Origin: Anaerolinea sp.
Lineage (GTDB): Bacteria; Chloroflexota; Anaerolineae; Aggregatilineales; Phototrophicaceae
Assembly: GCA_014879865.1 (NCBI GenBank)
Contig: JACSRG010000691.1
Span: 1-41,558, forward strand
Direction: 5' to 3'
DNA: 41,558 nt
The notes under the pieces are model-generated. The model was not told the DNA's origin. It did not search any database and saw only the letters and a program-made list of their open reading frames with translations. Positions 8,366-16,197 of this stretch are shown here, piece by piece (positions within the stretch are counted from its first letter, which is position 1; each line of letters begins with the position of its first letter). The position numbers were made by a program, and so were the translations under genes.

Positions 8366-8932
8366 TTACTCGCTGAAAATGTCCTTAACGGAGAGCGTGA
8401 AACCGGGAAGTACATCGCCTCCGTTGAGAATGTCGCTGACGTCGAAGATTTCCGGTTCGGTATTCGGGCGATGTTCGGCAACAGTCTTGTCTTTCGGGTC
8501 AACGATCCAGACTATGCGCGTCCCGTACTTGAGAAACAAGTTGACTTTCTTGAGCGTTTTCGGATAGCTGTCCGTCGGCGACAAGACCTCCACTGCCAGA
8601 TCGGGCGCGCCTTGTACGAACTTTGATGACCGTGTGCTGCTTAAGCGGCTCTTGCTCATGAAACCGACGTCAGGAGCAAGGACTGTGTTCTTGCCTGCCG
8701 GATTCTCCCATAACACATAGCCTGTCTCGGCAGCCGTGACCCGTCCCAAACTTTGTTCTTTGACAAACAGACGGATACGCATGTTCAATTCGCTGGCGAT
8801 ATCGCCATGTTCCTCGCCCGTCGGCGACATTTCAACCAGTTCTCCTTCGATGAGTTCGTAGCGATGCTCGTCGTCGTGGTGTGAAATCTCCCACAGGTCG
8901 TCAGCGGTGTACACCTTGTCTCGAATAACCAT
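8366..8932 (-). CDS. Uma2 family (DUF820) PD-(D/E)XK putative endonuclease
   Basis: YELIEGELVEMSP, LAPDVGF, APDLAVEVLSP, VWIVDP, DVLPGFTLSVKDIF; AGGAAGG RBS before ATG 8932. Confidence 0.92.
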   Translation of the reverse strand: MVIRDKVYTADDLWEISHHDDEHRYELIEGELVEMSPTGEEHGDIASELNMRIRLFVKEQSLGRVTAAETGYVLWENPAGKNTVLAPDVGFMSKSRLSSTRSSKFVQGAPDLAVEVLSPTDSYPKTLKKVNLFLKYGTRIVWIVDPKDKTVAEHRPNTEPEIFDVSDILNGGDVLPGFTLSVKDIFSE

Positions 8933-8954
8933 ACCAACCCTTCCTGCTGACCGA

Positions 8955-10568
8955 CTACATCCTAAAGTTACCATATCTCGGCGGGGGATCGTTCACCCAA
9001 TCCCGGTTGTAGCACATCGACAAGCCGACCGAGAGCGCTCTGCGAACTTCACGCGGGTCGATCAAGCCGTCGTCCCACAGGCGAGCGGTGGCAAAATACG
9101 GATCGGACTCGTCCTCGAATTTCTGCCGCGTCATGGCTTTCATCACGTTGATCGTGTCGTAATCCGGTTCTTGACCCCGTTTGCGCGCCGCTTCCTCTTG
9201 GATGATTCCGAGCACGCCCGCCGCTTGCTCCGCGCCCATCACGGCAATCCGGCTGGTCGGGCAGGCGAACAGCAGCCGCGGATCGTAAGCGCGCCCGCAC
9301 ATCGCATAGTTGCCCGCGCCATACGACCCGCCGATCAGGACGGTGAACTGCGGTACGCCACTGTTGGCGACGGCGTTGATCATCTTTGAGCCGTGTTTGA
9401 CGATTCCTTCTTGCTCGGCTTGGCTGCCGACCATGAAACCGGTGATGTTTTGCAAGTAGATCAACGGGATGCGTGCATGGTTGCATAGTTGAATGAACTG
9501 CGCGGCTTTGTTCGCTGAATCCGAGAACAGCACCCCATTGTTTGCCAGAATGCCAATCGGGTAGCCGTCGATATGCGCGTGACCGCACACGAGTGTCGAG
9601 CCGTAATCCGGCTTGAATTCCATGAAGCGCGAGCCATCGACGACACGAGCGATGACCTCGCGCATGTCGAGCGGCTGGCGCGTGGTGTCCATCGGGATAA
9701 TGCCGAGCAGTTCGTCGGGATCATAGAGCGGAGCTTCCGGCGCTTGACGATTCGGCGGGTTGAACTTGCGCCAATTCAGCCGTCCGACGATCTCGCGCCC
9801 GATGCGGATCGCGTCGGCGTCATTTTCCGCGAGGTAATCCGCTAAACCGGAAGTTTGCGCGTGCATGTCTGCACCGCCGAGTGTCTCGTCGTCCACTTCT
9901 TCGCCCGTCGCCATTTTGACGAGCGGCGGACCGCCGAGGAAAACCATTGCCTGCTTGCGGACGAGGACGGCGTAATCGCTCAAGCCGGGGATGTATGCGC
10001 CGCCCGCCGTGCTGTTGCCGAACACGAGCGAAATCTGCGGGATGCCCTGCGCGCTCATCCGCGCTTGGTTGGCGAAACCGCGCCCACCCATGACGAACAG
10101 CTCCGATTGATGGGGGAGGTTCGCGCCGCCCGACTCGACCAGATAAATGAATGGCAGGCGATTCTCCTCGGCGATTTGCTGCGCACGCAGTGACTTCTGC
10201 ACGGTGATCGGGTAGCTCGTGCCGCCTTTGATCGTCGCTTCGTTTGCGCCGATCATGCACTCGACGCCGTTGACGACGCCGATCCCATTGACCGCACCTG
10301 CGCCGGGGGTCTCGTCATTGTACATACCCCATGCTGCCAGCGTGCTCAGTTCTAGGAAGGGGGTGCCGGGGTCGAGCAGCAGTTCGACCCGCTCACGGGG
10401 GAGTAATTTGCCCGCTTGCACGTGCTTCTGTACGGCGCGCTCACTGCCGCCCGCGCGGACTTTTGCCTGCCGCTCGGCAAGCAGGTTGACCAAACCGCAG
10501 TTGTGGGCGTAATTGCGCTGGTAATCTTCGCTGCGGGTGTCGATCTGTGACTGAATACGTAAAGTCAT
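8955..10568 (-). CDS. Acyl-CoA carboxylase beta (carboxyltransferase) subunit, AtuC/LiuB-like
   Basis: GKLLPRERVELLLDPG, VESGGANLP, TAGGAY, FLGGPPLVKMATGE, QNITGFMVG, GSYGAGNYAMCGRAYDPR, ARLWDDGLIDP. Confidence 0.95.
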   Translation of the reverse strand: MTLRIQSQIDTRSEDYQRNYAHNCGLVNLLAERQAKVRAGGSERAVQKHVQAGKLLPRERVELLLDPGTPFLELSTLAAWGMYNDETPGAGAVNGIGVVNGVECMIGANEATIKGGTSYPITVQKSLRAQQIAEENRLPFIYLVESGGANLPHQSELFVMGGRGFANQARMSAQGIPQISLVFGNSTAGGAYIPGLSDYAVLVRKQAMVFLGGPPLVKMATGEEVDDETLGGADMHAQTSGLADYLAENDADAIRIGREIVGRLNWRKFNPPNRQAPEAPLYDPDELLGIIPMDTTRQPLDMREVIARVVDGSRFMEFKPDYGSTLVCGHAHIDGYPIGILANNGVLFSDSANKAAQFIQLCNHARIPLIYLQNITGFMVGSQAEQEGIVKHGSKMINAVANSGVPQFTVLIGGSYGAGNYAMCGRAYDPRLLFACPTSRIAVMGAEQAAGVLGIIQEEAARKRGQEPDYDTINVMKAMTRQKFEDESDPYFATARLWDDGLIDPREVRRALSVGLSMCYNRDWVNDPPPRYGNFRM

Positions 10569-10696
10569 TGTTCGGCTGCCGGAATTTATCGAATAAGCGT
10601 TTAATTTAGAATACTGCCTGCCGCCGTGTGCGTCAAATGGTTCGGCAAGCACATCAAGAAAAGATCAAAATTCCCGCAGCCGATGTAAATGTGCTG

Positions 10697-10702
10697 TATA
10701 AT
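10697..10702 (+). promoter_or_regulatory. Putative -10 box for the KimA-like gene
   Basis: Perfect TATAAT ~40 nt upstream of ATG 10742; no clear -35. Confidence 0.45.
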
Positions 10703-10741
10703 GCTCCCTGAAAATCATCCCTGTAATGGAAACTGTGAGAA

Positions 10742-12730
10742 ATGCAAAGCATTCGACGCTTGCTGCTAGGCAAGCGACTGCAAACCGCTGATCTACCGCA
10801 TCAGTCGATCAGCAAACCTGTTGGGCTGGCGGTGTTCGCCTCCGACGCGCTCTCATCCACGGCGTATGCCACTGAAGAAATCCTGCTCATCTTGGCGCTG
10901 GCGACCGGCGGCGGGGCAGCAGCATGGGCAGTCAGCGGCAACGTCCTCGGCATTTCGATTCCGATTGCCATCGCGATTGCCATTCTCTTGACTATCGTCA
11001 CGATCTCGTACCGCCAGACGATCTTCGCCTACCCGAACGGGGGCGGCGCGTACATCGTCGCGCGCGACAATCTCGGCGAAACGCCGGCACAAATCGCTGG
11101 CGCGGCTCTGTTGACGGATTACATCCTGACGGTTGCAGTCAGTATCTCGTCGGGTGTGGCGCAGATCACCTCGGCGTTTCCGGGGCTGCTGCCGTACCGC
11201 GTCGAGATCGCCGTCGTTGTCATCGTGTTCATGATGGTCGTCAACCTGCGCGGCGTGAAGGAAAGCGGGCGGGTGTTCGCTGTCCCGACCTATTTCTTCT
11301 TGGGCATTATGTTCCTCACGCTGATCGTCGGGTTTATCCGGGTTGCGACAGGAACACTTGACCCGGTCACGGGCGTAGAAGCCATTCATCACGAGGTTGC
11401 CGAACCGCTGACGCTGTTCCTGATCTTGCGCGCATTTTCGAGCGGGTGCACCGCGCTCACGGGCATTGAAGCGATTTCCAACGGTATTCAGGCATTCAAA
11501 GAACCGCGCAGTCGTAATGCCGCGATCACACTCGTGTGGATGAGCAGCATCTTAGTTATGCTGTTTTTGGGCATCACGCTGATTGCCAACCAGATGCACG
11601 CCGTTCCGAGCCACACCGAGACGGTCATCTCGCAGATGGGGCGGGCGATTTTCGGCGAGGGGAGCATCTTACATCTCCTGCTGCTTGCCGGGACTGCGCT
11701 CATCCTGTTGATGGCGGCGAATACCAGCTACGCGGACTTCCCGCGTCTCGCGGCGCTGCAAGCAGGTGACGGTTTCCTGCCGCGCCAGTTGACGCATCGC
11801 GGCGGACGGCTCGTGTTTTCGTGGGGCATTGTCGTGCTGTCGCTGTTCGCTATCGCGCTGGTGATCATCGCCGATGCCCGAACGACGGCGCTCATTCCCT
11901 TGTATGCGGTTGGTGTTTTCCTGAGCTTTACGATCTCCCAGTCGGGGATGGTCATTCACCTGCGCCGGGTTGGTAAGCTCAAGCCGGGTGAAGTGGTGCA
12001 GGGGTTGGAAGCCCCCATGCATTATGATGCAAACTGGCGTCTCAAGATGACTATCAGCGCGATTGGCGCGATCTGTACCGGCATCGTGATGCTCGTGTTC
12101 GCCGTGACCAAGTTCACGACCGGGGCGTGGTTTGTCGTCATCGTCATCCCCACACTCGTGCTGATCTTCTTCCGCATTCACCGCCATTACAAAGAAGTGG
12201 CGAAGGCGCTCAGTTGGGATACAAGCGCCAAACCGGATCAGGTTGGGCGCAAAGTCCAGACGCTCATCCTTGTCGATGATGTTCACGCCGAAACGGTGCG
12301 TATGGTCAATTTCGCTAAGGCACTCGGCGAGGACTGGCACGCCGTCCATATCGGCGTCAAGCCGGAGAAAACGCCGGTTGTGCTGGAGAAGTGGAAGAAA
12401 CGCATCGGCGAAGGGCGTTTGCATGTGATTGACTCGCCGTATCGCCTGCTGGCTGAACCGCTGCGCGAGTACATCGAGTCGCTGTTGGCGAACGACCCGG
12501 AAAGCTACATCCATGTGATCATGGGGCATCTGGTGATGGATACGTACTGGGAACAGGCGCTCCATCAGAACAGTGCGTTCATCTTCAATCTGGCGCTGGC
12601 GGGCTTGGAACGCGTCGTCGTCACCACTGTGCCGTACCAGATTCATCACCATCACGACGCGGAAGGGCACGACGAACTGATCACAGAAGATCAGGAACAA
12701 GCCGAAGCGGTCACGTCACAGCCAAAGTAA
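10742..12730 (+). CDS. kimA: APC/KUP-type transporter, KimA (YdaO)-like K+/H+ symporter
   Basis: FASDALSSTAYATEE, YPNGGGAYIVA, ALLTDYILTVAVS, NLRGVKESG, GCTALTGIEAISNG, ~12 TM segments and a cytoplasmic C-terminal domain with SPYR. Confidence 0.85.
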   Translation: MQSIRRLLLGKRLQTADLPHQSISKPVGLAVFASDALSSTAYATEEILLILALATGGGAAAWAVSGNVLGISIPIAIAIAILLTIVTISYRQTIFAYPNGGGAYIVARDNLGETPAQIAGAALLTDYILTVAVSISSGVAQITSAFPGLLPYRVEIAVVVIVFMMVVNLRGVKESGRVFAVPTYFFLGIMFLTLIVGFIRVATGTLDPVTGVEAIHHEVAEPLTLFLILRAFSSGCTALTGIEAISNGIQAFKEPRSRNAAITLVWMSSILVMLFLGITLIANQMHAVPSHTETVISQMGRAIFGEGSILHLLLLAGTALILLMAANTSYADFPRLAALQAGDGFLPRQLTHRGGRLVFSWGIVVLSLFAIALVIIADARTTALIPLYAVGVFLSFTISQSGMVIHLRRVGKLKPGEVVQGLEAPMHYDANWRLKMTISAIGAICTGIVMLVFAVTKFTTGAWFVVIVIPTLVLIFFRIHRHYKEVAKALSWDTSAKPDQVGRKVQTLILVDDVHAETVRMVNFAKALGEDWHAVHIGVKPEKTPVVLEKWKKRIGEGRLHVIDSPYRLLAEPLREYIESLLANDPESYIHVIMGHLVMDTYWEQALHQNSAFIFNLALAGLERVVVTTVPYQIHHHHDAEGHDELITEDQEQAEAVTSQPK

Positions 12731-12746
12731 GCAACCGGACATTCAG

Positions 12747-12773
12747 CAAAAGGGGACAGCACGTCCCCTTTTG
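12747..12773. terminator. Bidirectional intrinsic terminator between convergent genes
   Basis: CAAAAGGGGAC-AGCAC-GTCCCCTTTTG with A/T tails on both sides. Confidence 0.85.
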
Positions 12774-12778
12774 TTTGG

Positions 12779-14770
12779 CTACTGCTCGTAAAGCGGCAGC
12801 GTGATGTAAAACGTCGTGCCGCCCCCCAAGAAACTCTCCAAACCGATCTGCCCGTGATGCGCATCGACCAGCTTCTTGACAATGGTCAAGCCCAAGCCTG
12901 TGCCTTCGATGTTCTCGTTTTCGGCGCGGCGCACACGGTAGAAACGGTCGAAGATGCGCGATTGATCCTCCGGGCTGATGCCGATGCCGCTGTCTCTAAC
13001 GGCAATGCGCACCGCTCCATCTACCAGCACGCCGTCGATGCCAATGAGACCCTCCGGCGGGGTATATTTGATCGCGTTGCTGACAAGATTGTTGATAATT
13101 TGCAGCAGGCGCGCGGGATCGCCGGCGATGGGCGGTAAGTCCCGCGCGACCTTGACCTCGACGCGCATAGACTTCGCATCGATCAGGCGGCTCAAGTTAT
13201 CGACGCTGGTTTCGATGACCTGATGAATCTTGACCGGTTCGATCTCCAGCGCGAGACCGGCGTCGATTTTGGCGAGGTCGAGCAAATCGTCGATTAGCTG
13301 ACGCATGTTCAAGATCGAGCGAGAAATCATGCGCACATAGTTTTCGCCGCGACCGTCGAGTTTCTGACTCATTTGCAGTAGGTCGAGGTAGCCGCTCATC
13401 ACGCTTAAGGGCTGCTTGAGATCGTGCGAGACAGTTGCAATCAGATCGCGCTTGAGCTGATCGGTCTCGCGCAGCGGCGTGATGTCATTCATGACGACGA
13501 TCCAGCCGATGTCACTGCGTGGCGAAAAATCGACGTAGTAGGTTTTGCCGTTGGGCAGCGTGATTTCTTCAAGTGCTTTGTTGCCCAAGCGATACACATG
13601 GCGCAGCGCCGCGATGAAGGCTTCGTCATCCACCGAATCGGCGAAACGCTGCCCTGCGTAGTCCAGCTCCGGGTAGAGGCGGAAGGCAGCCATCGCCGCT
13701 TGGTTGATGAGGACAATGCGCTCGTCATGGTCAAGCACGATCACGCCGTCAGCGACTTCGGCGAGGATGTGCGCCAGTTTCTCGCGCTCGCGCATCGTCT
13801 CGGTGAAGAGGCGCGCGTTGTCGATGGCAACGCCTGCGCGCGCCGCGAGCTTTTCCACGAAACTCAGATGCTCGTCGGTGAACGCGTTGATCTTCCGGCT
13901 TTCGACCGAAATCACGGCAATGACGCGGTCTTCACGGGTAACGGGCACTGACATGTGTGAGCGAATGGCGCTCGAAAGCTCGAGGTAGTCCTTGTCGGCG
14001 GCAACATCCGGCACCAGCTCGGAAAACGAGGACAATGCGACGCGGTGCGCGATGCCACCGGAGAGCGACCGCATCACGGTGACGTTTTCGGGCTGCGCTT
14101 CGTAGCCCAGATCGACCACGAACTTAAGCTGATCCGCCGCTTGGTCGTAGAGCGCAAGCGAACCCGCATTCGCGTTGGTATAGCGCATCGCCCAGTCAAG
14201 CGTCATGTCAAAGACGTGCGAGAGATCGATAGTGTCGCTCAGTTCCCGGTCGATCTGGTTCAGGATGCTCAGTTCGAGCATACGCGTATCGAGCGATGCG
14301 ACCGTCTGCGTATGGCGTCGAGCATTGTGCAGCGCGATTGCCGCCATCGGCGCAATGATTGCGATCAGCGCGCAGGCTTCGTCGCCGATAGGTTTTTCCG
14401 TGATCGGGTTTTCGACCACCAGCACGCCTTCCCACGCGCCTTCAACCAGCAGCGGAACCCCGTAAAACGCCTCCGAGCGCGCCAATGGTGTCAGCGGCGG
14501 ATCGTCTAATGCGGCGGTATAGCTGCTGCCGGTTCGCCACGCGGTCAGCGCGGGATGTTCGGCGTACAGGGAGACGGCTTCCTGCGCGGAAATGCGGAGA
14601 AGTCCGGCATCTTCGTCCGTGTGCGCAATGACGATGCGTTCACATGCCGTCAGGCGGCGCAGTTCGGTGGTGAGCACGTCGCTCAGGCTGGAAAGGTCGA
14701 GGATCGTCCCGATCTTGAGGGTAAGTTCGTGCGCTATCTGAAGCTGACTTGTGTGTGCGGACGCGCTCAT
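12779..14770 (-). CDS. Cytoplasmic sensor histidine kinase (GAF-GAF-PAS-HisKA-HATPase)
   Basis: GAF-ending motifs AAIALHNAR and AGVAIDNARLF, PAS-like ADGVIVLD...INQAA, H-box SHDLKQPL, N-box NLVSNAIKY, G boxes DSGIGI/FDRFYRV/GTGLGL; no TM segment. Confidence 0.93.
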   Translation of the reverse strand: MSASAHTSQLQIAHELTLKIGTILDLSSLSDVLTTELRRLTACERIVIAHTDEDAGLLRISAQEAVSLYAEHPALTAWRTGSSYTAALDDPPLTPLARSEAFYGVPLLVEGAWEGVLVVENPITEKPIGDEACALIAIIAPMAAIALHNARRHTQTVASLDTRMLELSILNQIDRELSDTIDLSHVFDMTLDWAMRYTNANAGSLALYDQAADQLKFVVDLGYEAQPENVTVMRSLSGGIAHRVALSSFSELVPDVAADKDYLELSSAIRSHMSVPVTREDRVIAVISVESRKINAFTDEHLSFVEKLAARAGVAIDNARLFTETMREREKLAHILAEVADGVIVLDHDERIVLINQAAMAAFRLYPELDYAGQRFADSVDDEAFIAALRHVYRLGNKALEEITLPNGKTYYVDFSPRSDIGWIVVMNDITPLRETDQLKRDLIATVSHDLKQPLSVMSGYLDLLQMSQKLDGRGENYVRMISRSILNMRQLIDDLLDLAKIDAGLALEIEPVKIHQVIETSVDNLSRLIDAKSMRVEVKVARDLPPIAGDPARLLQIINNLVSNAIKYTPPEGLIGIDGVLVDGAVRIAVRDSGIGISPEDQSRIFDRFYRVRRAENENIEGTGLGLTIVKKLVDAHHGQIGLESFLGGGTTFYITLPLYEQ

Positions 14771-14805
14771 GATGATCGTAAAGTCTCTAGAGTTGTCACT
14801 ACCGC

Positions 14806-14853
14806 ATTATAGCGCGGTTCTGAATTGTCGATTTGTCTAATTCCGTGTAAGAT
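14806..14853. promoter_or_regulatory. Back-to-back divergent promoters (kinase vs XRE operon)
   Basis: Minus-strand TATAAT at 14806-14811; plus-strand TTGTCG (14825-30)-17 bp-TAAGAT (14848-53). Confidence 0.5.
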
Positions 14854-14879
14854 CGCGCTAGATTTCCGGGAGGGCTACT

Positions 14880-15626
14880 ATGCTGAAGGGTTTTTCCGCT
14901 CGATTCAAGAAAGCGCTGGGACAACCGGAGCAGGTCGAAGCATCAAAGCCGATGGATTTTGGCGAATCGTACCGTATTCGTGGCAAGATGATCGGCGTGC
15001 TGCTGCGTGATGCGCGCCTGAAAGCGGGACGCAGCGTCGAGGATTGTGCGCGGTTGGTGCGGGTCACCCCGGAGACTGTCGAAGCATGGGAATATGGCGA
15101 TGACGTGCCGTCGCTCCCGCAGTTGGAACTGCTTGCCTATTACCTCGACGTGCCGATCAGCCATTTCTGGGGAGTCGATACGCTTGAAGCCACGCGCGAC
15201 GAAAAAGTAAGCGCGCAGGACGAGTACCTCGCGCTGCGCACCCGCATGATCGGCGCGCTGCTGCGTTTGGCGCGTGAGGATGCCAACTTGAGCCTTGAAC
15301 AGGTCGCGGAAGACAGCGGTCTGCCGGTCGATCTGATCGAGGCGTATGAGATGGGCGAAGCTGCCATGCCGATGCACGCGCTGACTGTGCTTTCCAACTG
15401 CGTCAAAAAGAATATGCGTTATTTTCTGGAGAGCGACAGTCATCTCGGCGAATGGCTGGCGATCCGCGAGGAATGGAAGCATTTCACCAACCTGCCAGAT
15501 GAGGTGCGGAAGTTCGCGGCGAATCCGCTCAACTTAGGTTTTATCGAAATTGCGATTATGTTCAGCCAGATGCCTGCCGACAAACTGCGTAAGGTGGGCG
15601 AAAGCGTCCTCAACATCTCGCTGTAG
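14880..15626 (+). CDS. Tandem (double) XRE-family HTH transcriptional regulator
   Basis: Two HTH_3-like units: MIGVLLRDAR..SVEDCA..WEYG..PSLPQL and MIGALLRLAR..SLEQVA..YEMG; GGGAGG RBS. Confidence 0.88.
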   Translation: MLKGFSARFKKALGQPEQVEASKPMDFGESYRIRGKMIGVLLRDARLKAGRSVEDCARLVRVTPETVEAWEYGDDVPSLPQLELLAYYLDVPISHFWGVDTLEATRDEKVSAQDEYLALRTRMIGALLRLAREDANLSLEQVAEDSGLPVDLIEAYEMGEAAMPMHALTVLSNCVKKNMRYFLESDSHLGEWLAIREEWKHFTNLPDEVRKFAANPLNLGFIEIAIMFSQMPADKLRKVGESVLNISL

Positions 15627-15651
15627 CCGCCTGAGGAGAAGGAAACTGACT

Positions 15652-16194
15652 ATGAGTAGCGCGAAGCAACTGCAAGATCAAGGCGTTAAGCTGTTCCAGC
15701 AGAAGGAGTACGAGGCAGCGCTCAAGCTGTTCCGTCAAGCGCAAGAAATCTACACGGCGGAAAATCAAGCTGACCTCGCCGCCGAAATGGGCGTCAACAT
15801 CGGCTTGGTGCATCACGCGTTGGGCGAATATCAACCGGCGCTGGACGAAATGCAGGGTGCACTGCGTGTCTTCCAAGAGCAGAGCGATGCCAAGCGCGCC
15901 GCGATGGTACTGGGCAACATGGGCAAAGTCTACAAGGCGCTTGGCGACAAAGAACAGGCGTATACCTGTTATCGTCAGGCAGCGGATGTCTTCCAAGAAC
16001 TGGGCGAAAAGCAAATGTATGCGGATACGCTCATGGCGATGGGCGATCTGCAAGTCCGCGATGGCAAGATCATGCAGGGCGCGGCAACCTACGAGGTCGG
16101 GTTGGAGCAAATGGATAATCTGACGCCCTCGCAGCGTGTCTTGAAGGGCTTAATCGGACTGCGTAACCGGCTGACGGGCGGCGGCAAATCCTAA
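15652..16194 (+). CDS. Tetratricopeptide repeat protein (180 aa)
   Basis: Helical repeats NIGLVHHALGEYQPAL, NMGKVYKALGDKEQA, AMGDLQVRDGK; GAGGAGAAGGA RBS region. Confidence 0.88.
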   Translation: MSSAKQLQDQGVKLFQQKEYEAALKLFRQAQEIYTAENQADLAAEMGVNIGLVHHALGEYQPALDEMQGALRVFQEQSDAKRAAMVLGNMGKVYKALGDKEQAYTCYRQAADVFQELGEKQMYADTLMAMGDLQVRDGKIMQGAATYEVGLEQMDNLTPSQRVLKGLIGLRNRLTGGGKS

Positions 16195-16197
16195 CCG

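Noticed and set aside
8366-8932. Uma2 + small membrane protein as a toxin-antitoxin or defence system
   Set aside because: No antitoxin-like, methylase or other defence gene nearby, and lone Uma2 genes are common in such genomes
10569-10741. Possible ydaO/c-di-AMP riboswitch upstream of the kimA-like gene
   Set aside because: No recognisable conserved riboswitch elements, and the putative leader is too short
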